In this document: positions 1 to 64,000 of the stretch, one piece after another
Layout: every line of letters starts with the position of its first letter
Position numbering within the stretch: position 1 is the first letter of the stretch
From: Eledone cirrhosa
Taxonomy: Eukaryota
Direction: 5' to 3'
NCBI GenBank assembly: GCA_964016885.1
Contig: OZ024740.1
Coordinates: 231,508,001-231,572,000 of the forward strand
DNA: 64,000 nucleotides
Position numbers and translations under genes: made by a program
The notes under the pieces: generated by a model
What the model saw: the letters and a program-made list of their open reading frames with translations, nothing else
Told to the model about the DNA's origin: nothing
The model's database searches: none

Positions 1-84
1 TCAAAGCATGACGTCCGACCCTCTACCGATACTGCCACTCCACGCCCTAACAACAATAATAATAATAATAGTAATAATTCTTAC

Positions 85-58672
<58,588 letters not shown>

Positions 58673-60051
58673 TTTTTATAAAGTTTATAGAAAATCTGTT
58701 TTCTAGTTGCTGTTGCTTTTTATTCTATATTTTTTTTCAATGTTTTTCTCTAAATGAGAAGCAATGGCCCATTGATCAGTATCAGTTCAGGTCTGCTTAA
58801 ACACTGATGATAGAATTGAGAAGTTTTATTGATATTGAAATTATCTTTGATGATTTATTAGTGCATTTGTTCCTGGCTGTAGTTGTTATTCGGTCATAGA
58901 TATTTATGGAGTGCAATGAGTCAATAAGCACATATCTTTTAGATAAGCTAAACTGTAGTGTTAGGGAGAACAGGTGAAGTACAGTGTTATGAAATTACAG
59001 AACGACACAGCAATGTGAGGTTAGTTCAAAAGACCAAGGTTACCTTCTACTCTCATAATAAAATAGAAAGAAACAAACAATGATAATTCCTGAATATCCT
59101 CATATTAGATGAAAGTTCATTTGTATATCTTAAAAAATTCAGGTGCAGTTGTACTAAATTTGGTTGATTTATACACTAATTATACATAGATAGATATACA
59201 TATACACACACAGAGACACACAGACATATACACAGATGCATTGAGACATAGACATAGACATAGATATAGACACACACACATACACACATACACACTCACT
59301 ATCATACAGTGTATATCCAGAACCAGCTATAGATAGATTATAGTTATGTAAGCAGAAATGTACAAAAGAGGTGAGCTTAAGGTGCTGGATTATAAACCAT
59401 ATTTTATGAGTTCAAATCTTACAATGATAGTCATTGTTATATGTGTGACCTAAACACATAACTAATGTTATTTGTTTCAGTTTGTCTTTGGTTTGTCTTG
59501 CCCCCACTTCCATCCACTGCAAAGTGGTTGTGTAGATGACACAACAAAAAGCACCCAGTCCACACTGTAAAGTGGTCGTGTAGGAGACACAGTAAAAAGG
59601 TTCCCAGTCCACACTGTAAATGAGGTTGGTGTTAGGAAGGGCATCCAGCTGTAGAAAACTTGCCAGGAACAGTTCTTTATGAGCGAGACATGGTCTCCCA
59701 GCCAATCTTGCCTCAAGTGGGACAAAACCATAATAGCGTGGAAGATGGACGTTAAACGATGATGATGATATACCTCACAATTGAGTGATCAGCAGTAAGA
59801 ATGATATCCACCTGCAAAAAAAATAAAAAATAAAATAAAACAATTAATTTTGCCCCCAAAAATGTAAAGCAGAAAAATAGGGGAAAAAAAACTACATATC
59901 CACACGCACACATGCACACACACATGCACACACAACAAAGGAAACAGTTCTATAATAAAATAAATATGCCTAGACTCTACTAACATATTGTGTAACATTT
60001 TTTTAACTGTGGTCACCTCTCCATATATACATTACATCAGGAATCTACCTA

Positions 60052-60082
<31 letters not shown>

Positions 60083-60784
60083 CCATTTAACGTCTATTTT
60101 CCAAGCTTGCATGTGTTAGACAGGTCACTTATGTAATGGGACAAGTCTAGCCAGTGGGCCACGCTGTATCTTGATCAGACGGAACTATAAATTTGGCTGG
60201 GATTTTTACAGCTGGATGCTCTTCCTGACACCAACCACATTTACAGTGTGGAACTATTATATACAGATGTAAATTCATGTCCCATGTAGGTCAATGCCCA
60301 CCCTTTTTCCAATCTGTGGGTTTTTATAACTCTAACTATTAGGCTAATTTACTTAGTCAAAAATACGGCGCACATGGCTTAGTGGTTAGAGCATTGGGCT
60401 TGCAATCGAAAGGTTGTGAGTTCAATTCTCAGACCGGGTGATGTGTTGTTTCCTTGAGCAAGACACTTTATTTCACATTGCTCCAGTTTACTCAGCTGTA
60501 GAAATGAGATGATAGGGACTGGGGTCCATATCATTCCACTGCAAAGTGGTCGTGGAGGTGCCACGGCAAAAAAGCACCCACCACTCACTGTAAATGAGGT
60601 TGGTGTTAGGAAGGGCATCCAGCTGTAGAAATCAAGCCAGAATCAGTTCCCGTCCCACCCTTGCAAGCAGGGAAAAGCGGACGTAAAATGAAATGATGAT
60701 GATGATGAAGCTCTATTTCACTATCTAATTTTCAAATTCTCCGCTGTTTGTAAACAAAAGCTTAAGCTTTGTATCTTATATATC

Positions 60785-61705
60785 ATATCATCATCATCAT
60801 CACCATTATACATCCATTCTTCTATACTATCATGGGTTAGACGGGTTGACCTTTGTGGGCAATGCCAGCTGACTATGTCTTGCTCATATAGAACTGATTT
60901 TGGCTTGATTTCTACAGCTGGATGCCCTTCCTAACACCAACCTCATTTACAGTGAGTACTGGGTGCTTTTTTACTGTGGTGCCTACACGACCACTCTACA
61001 GTGTGGACTGGGTGCTTTTTGCCGTGACACCTTCACAACCACTTTACACTTTACAATTCGAGATGCCTCAAAGGCAACTTTCCCCTCATTTACAGTCTTT
61101 CTCCATTTATTACGATCAGCAGCTACGTTTTCCCATCTATCAGCAGAGATGTTAGCGTCTTTCAAAGAGGCTTTCAACAAATCCTTATACTTCTTTTTTT
61201 GGTTTATGTGGAGGTGTTTACCTTTAACCAACTCTCCATAAAAGAGTTGTTTCGGTATTCTTCATCCTGGCAAGGTGACCACTCCATCGGAGTCTTTGCT
61301 TAAGCACAAGAGCTTCTATACTGACACACAGAGAGCTTTCCAAAATCTCGACATCACTGATGTGGTCCCTCCAGTGAATGCCATGGATCCGTCTGAGATA
61401 CATTTGATGGAAACGCTCCAATTGTTTAAGGTGGTGTTGATATGTGACCCAGGTCTCGCAGGCATAATGTCTCACCGACCCCAGAGACGCCTTTCTAGCT
61501 TTCCGAAAGCATCATGTGCTTTCCTAATCCTAAGTGGAATTTCATTATCGATTGACACTGTATCGATTGACAGTGCTTCCCAGGTAGACAAACTGATCAA
61601 CCACTCCAAGTTGTTTACCATACACATGGAAGGAGCATGGGGGCATATTGTCTAAATGCTTCAGCTTCGGCTTGTACCCGTGGGAGCTTGGATCCTCTGT
61701 ATTAC
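60785..61705 (-). mobile_element. RTE/BovB-like LINE family C 3' fragment (no PHD insert)
   Basis: VVDQFVYLGS; YACETWVTYQHHLKQLERFHQ; RLRWSGHLARM; followed by the shared 3' module and a (GAT)n tail. Confidence 0.75.
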
Positions 61706-61714
61706 TATATATAT

Positions 61715-63940
<2,226 letters not shown>

Positions 63941-64000
63941 ACCAAAGATTAGTTCTTTACACCCCTTCTTATATCTCTAATTTGCTCTACGTTCTTTTCT

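Noticed and set aside
58673-59400. Promoter or 5'UTR of the NRF-6-like gene
   Set aside because: No diagnostic motif that I can support; the transcription start cannot be placed from sequence alone

Overview
Eukaryotic, AT-rich, repeat-dense window. The SINE/LINE repertoire and (TA)n/(ATG)n microsatellites suggest an octopus or other cephalopod genome (inference). One host gene spans almost the whole window on the minus strand: an NRF-6-like / acyltransferase-3 membrane protein. I reconstructed 13 phase-compatible GT-AG coding exons (58672 down to 85, 1948 nt, about 649 codons), and the gene continues past the left edge. The introns hold many RTE-clade LINE copies, R4/Dong- and CRE-like LINE remnants, a long Penelope-like element, tRNA-derived SINEs, MITEs and an 86-bp minisatellite. 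Most notable: (1) five short fold-back insertions from four unrelated families with the plan (TA)n - inverted arm - forward arm - unique tail - (TA)n, most carrying minimal hammerhead ribozyme motifs, plus several stand-alone hammerhead motifs; (2) a C4HC3 PHD-type finger inside the reverse transcriptase of the dominant RTE LINE; (3) a 3' module shared between different LINEs and a SINE; (4) clustered 5' truncation points. Everything was read by eye, with no searches or folding run.
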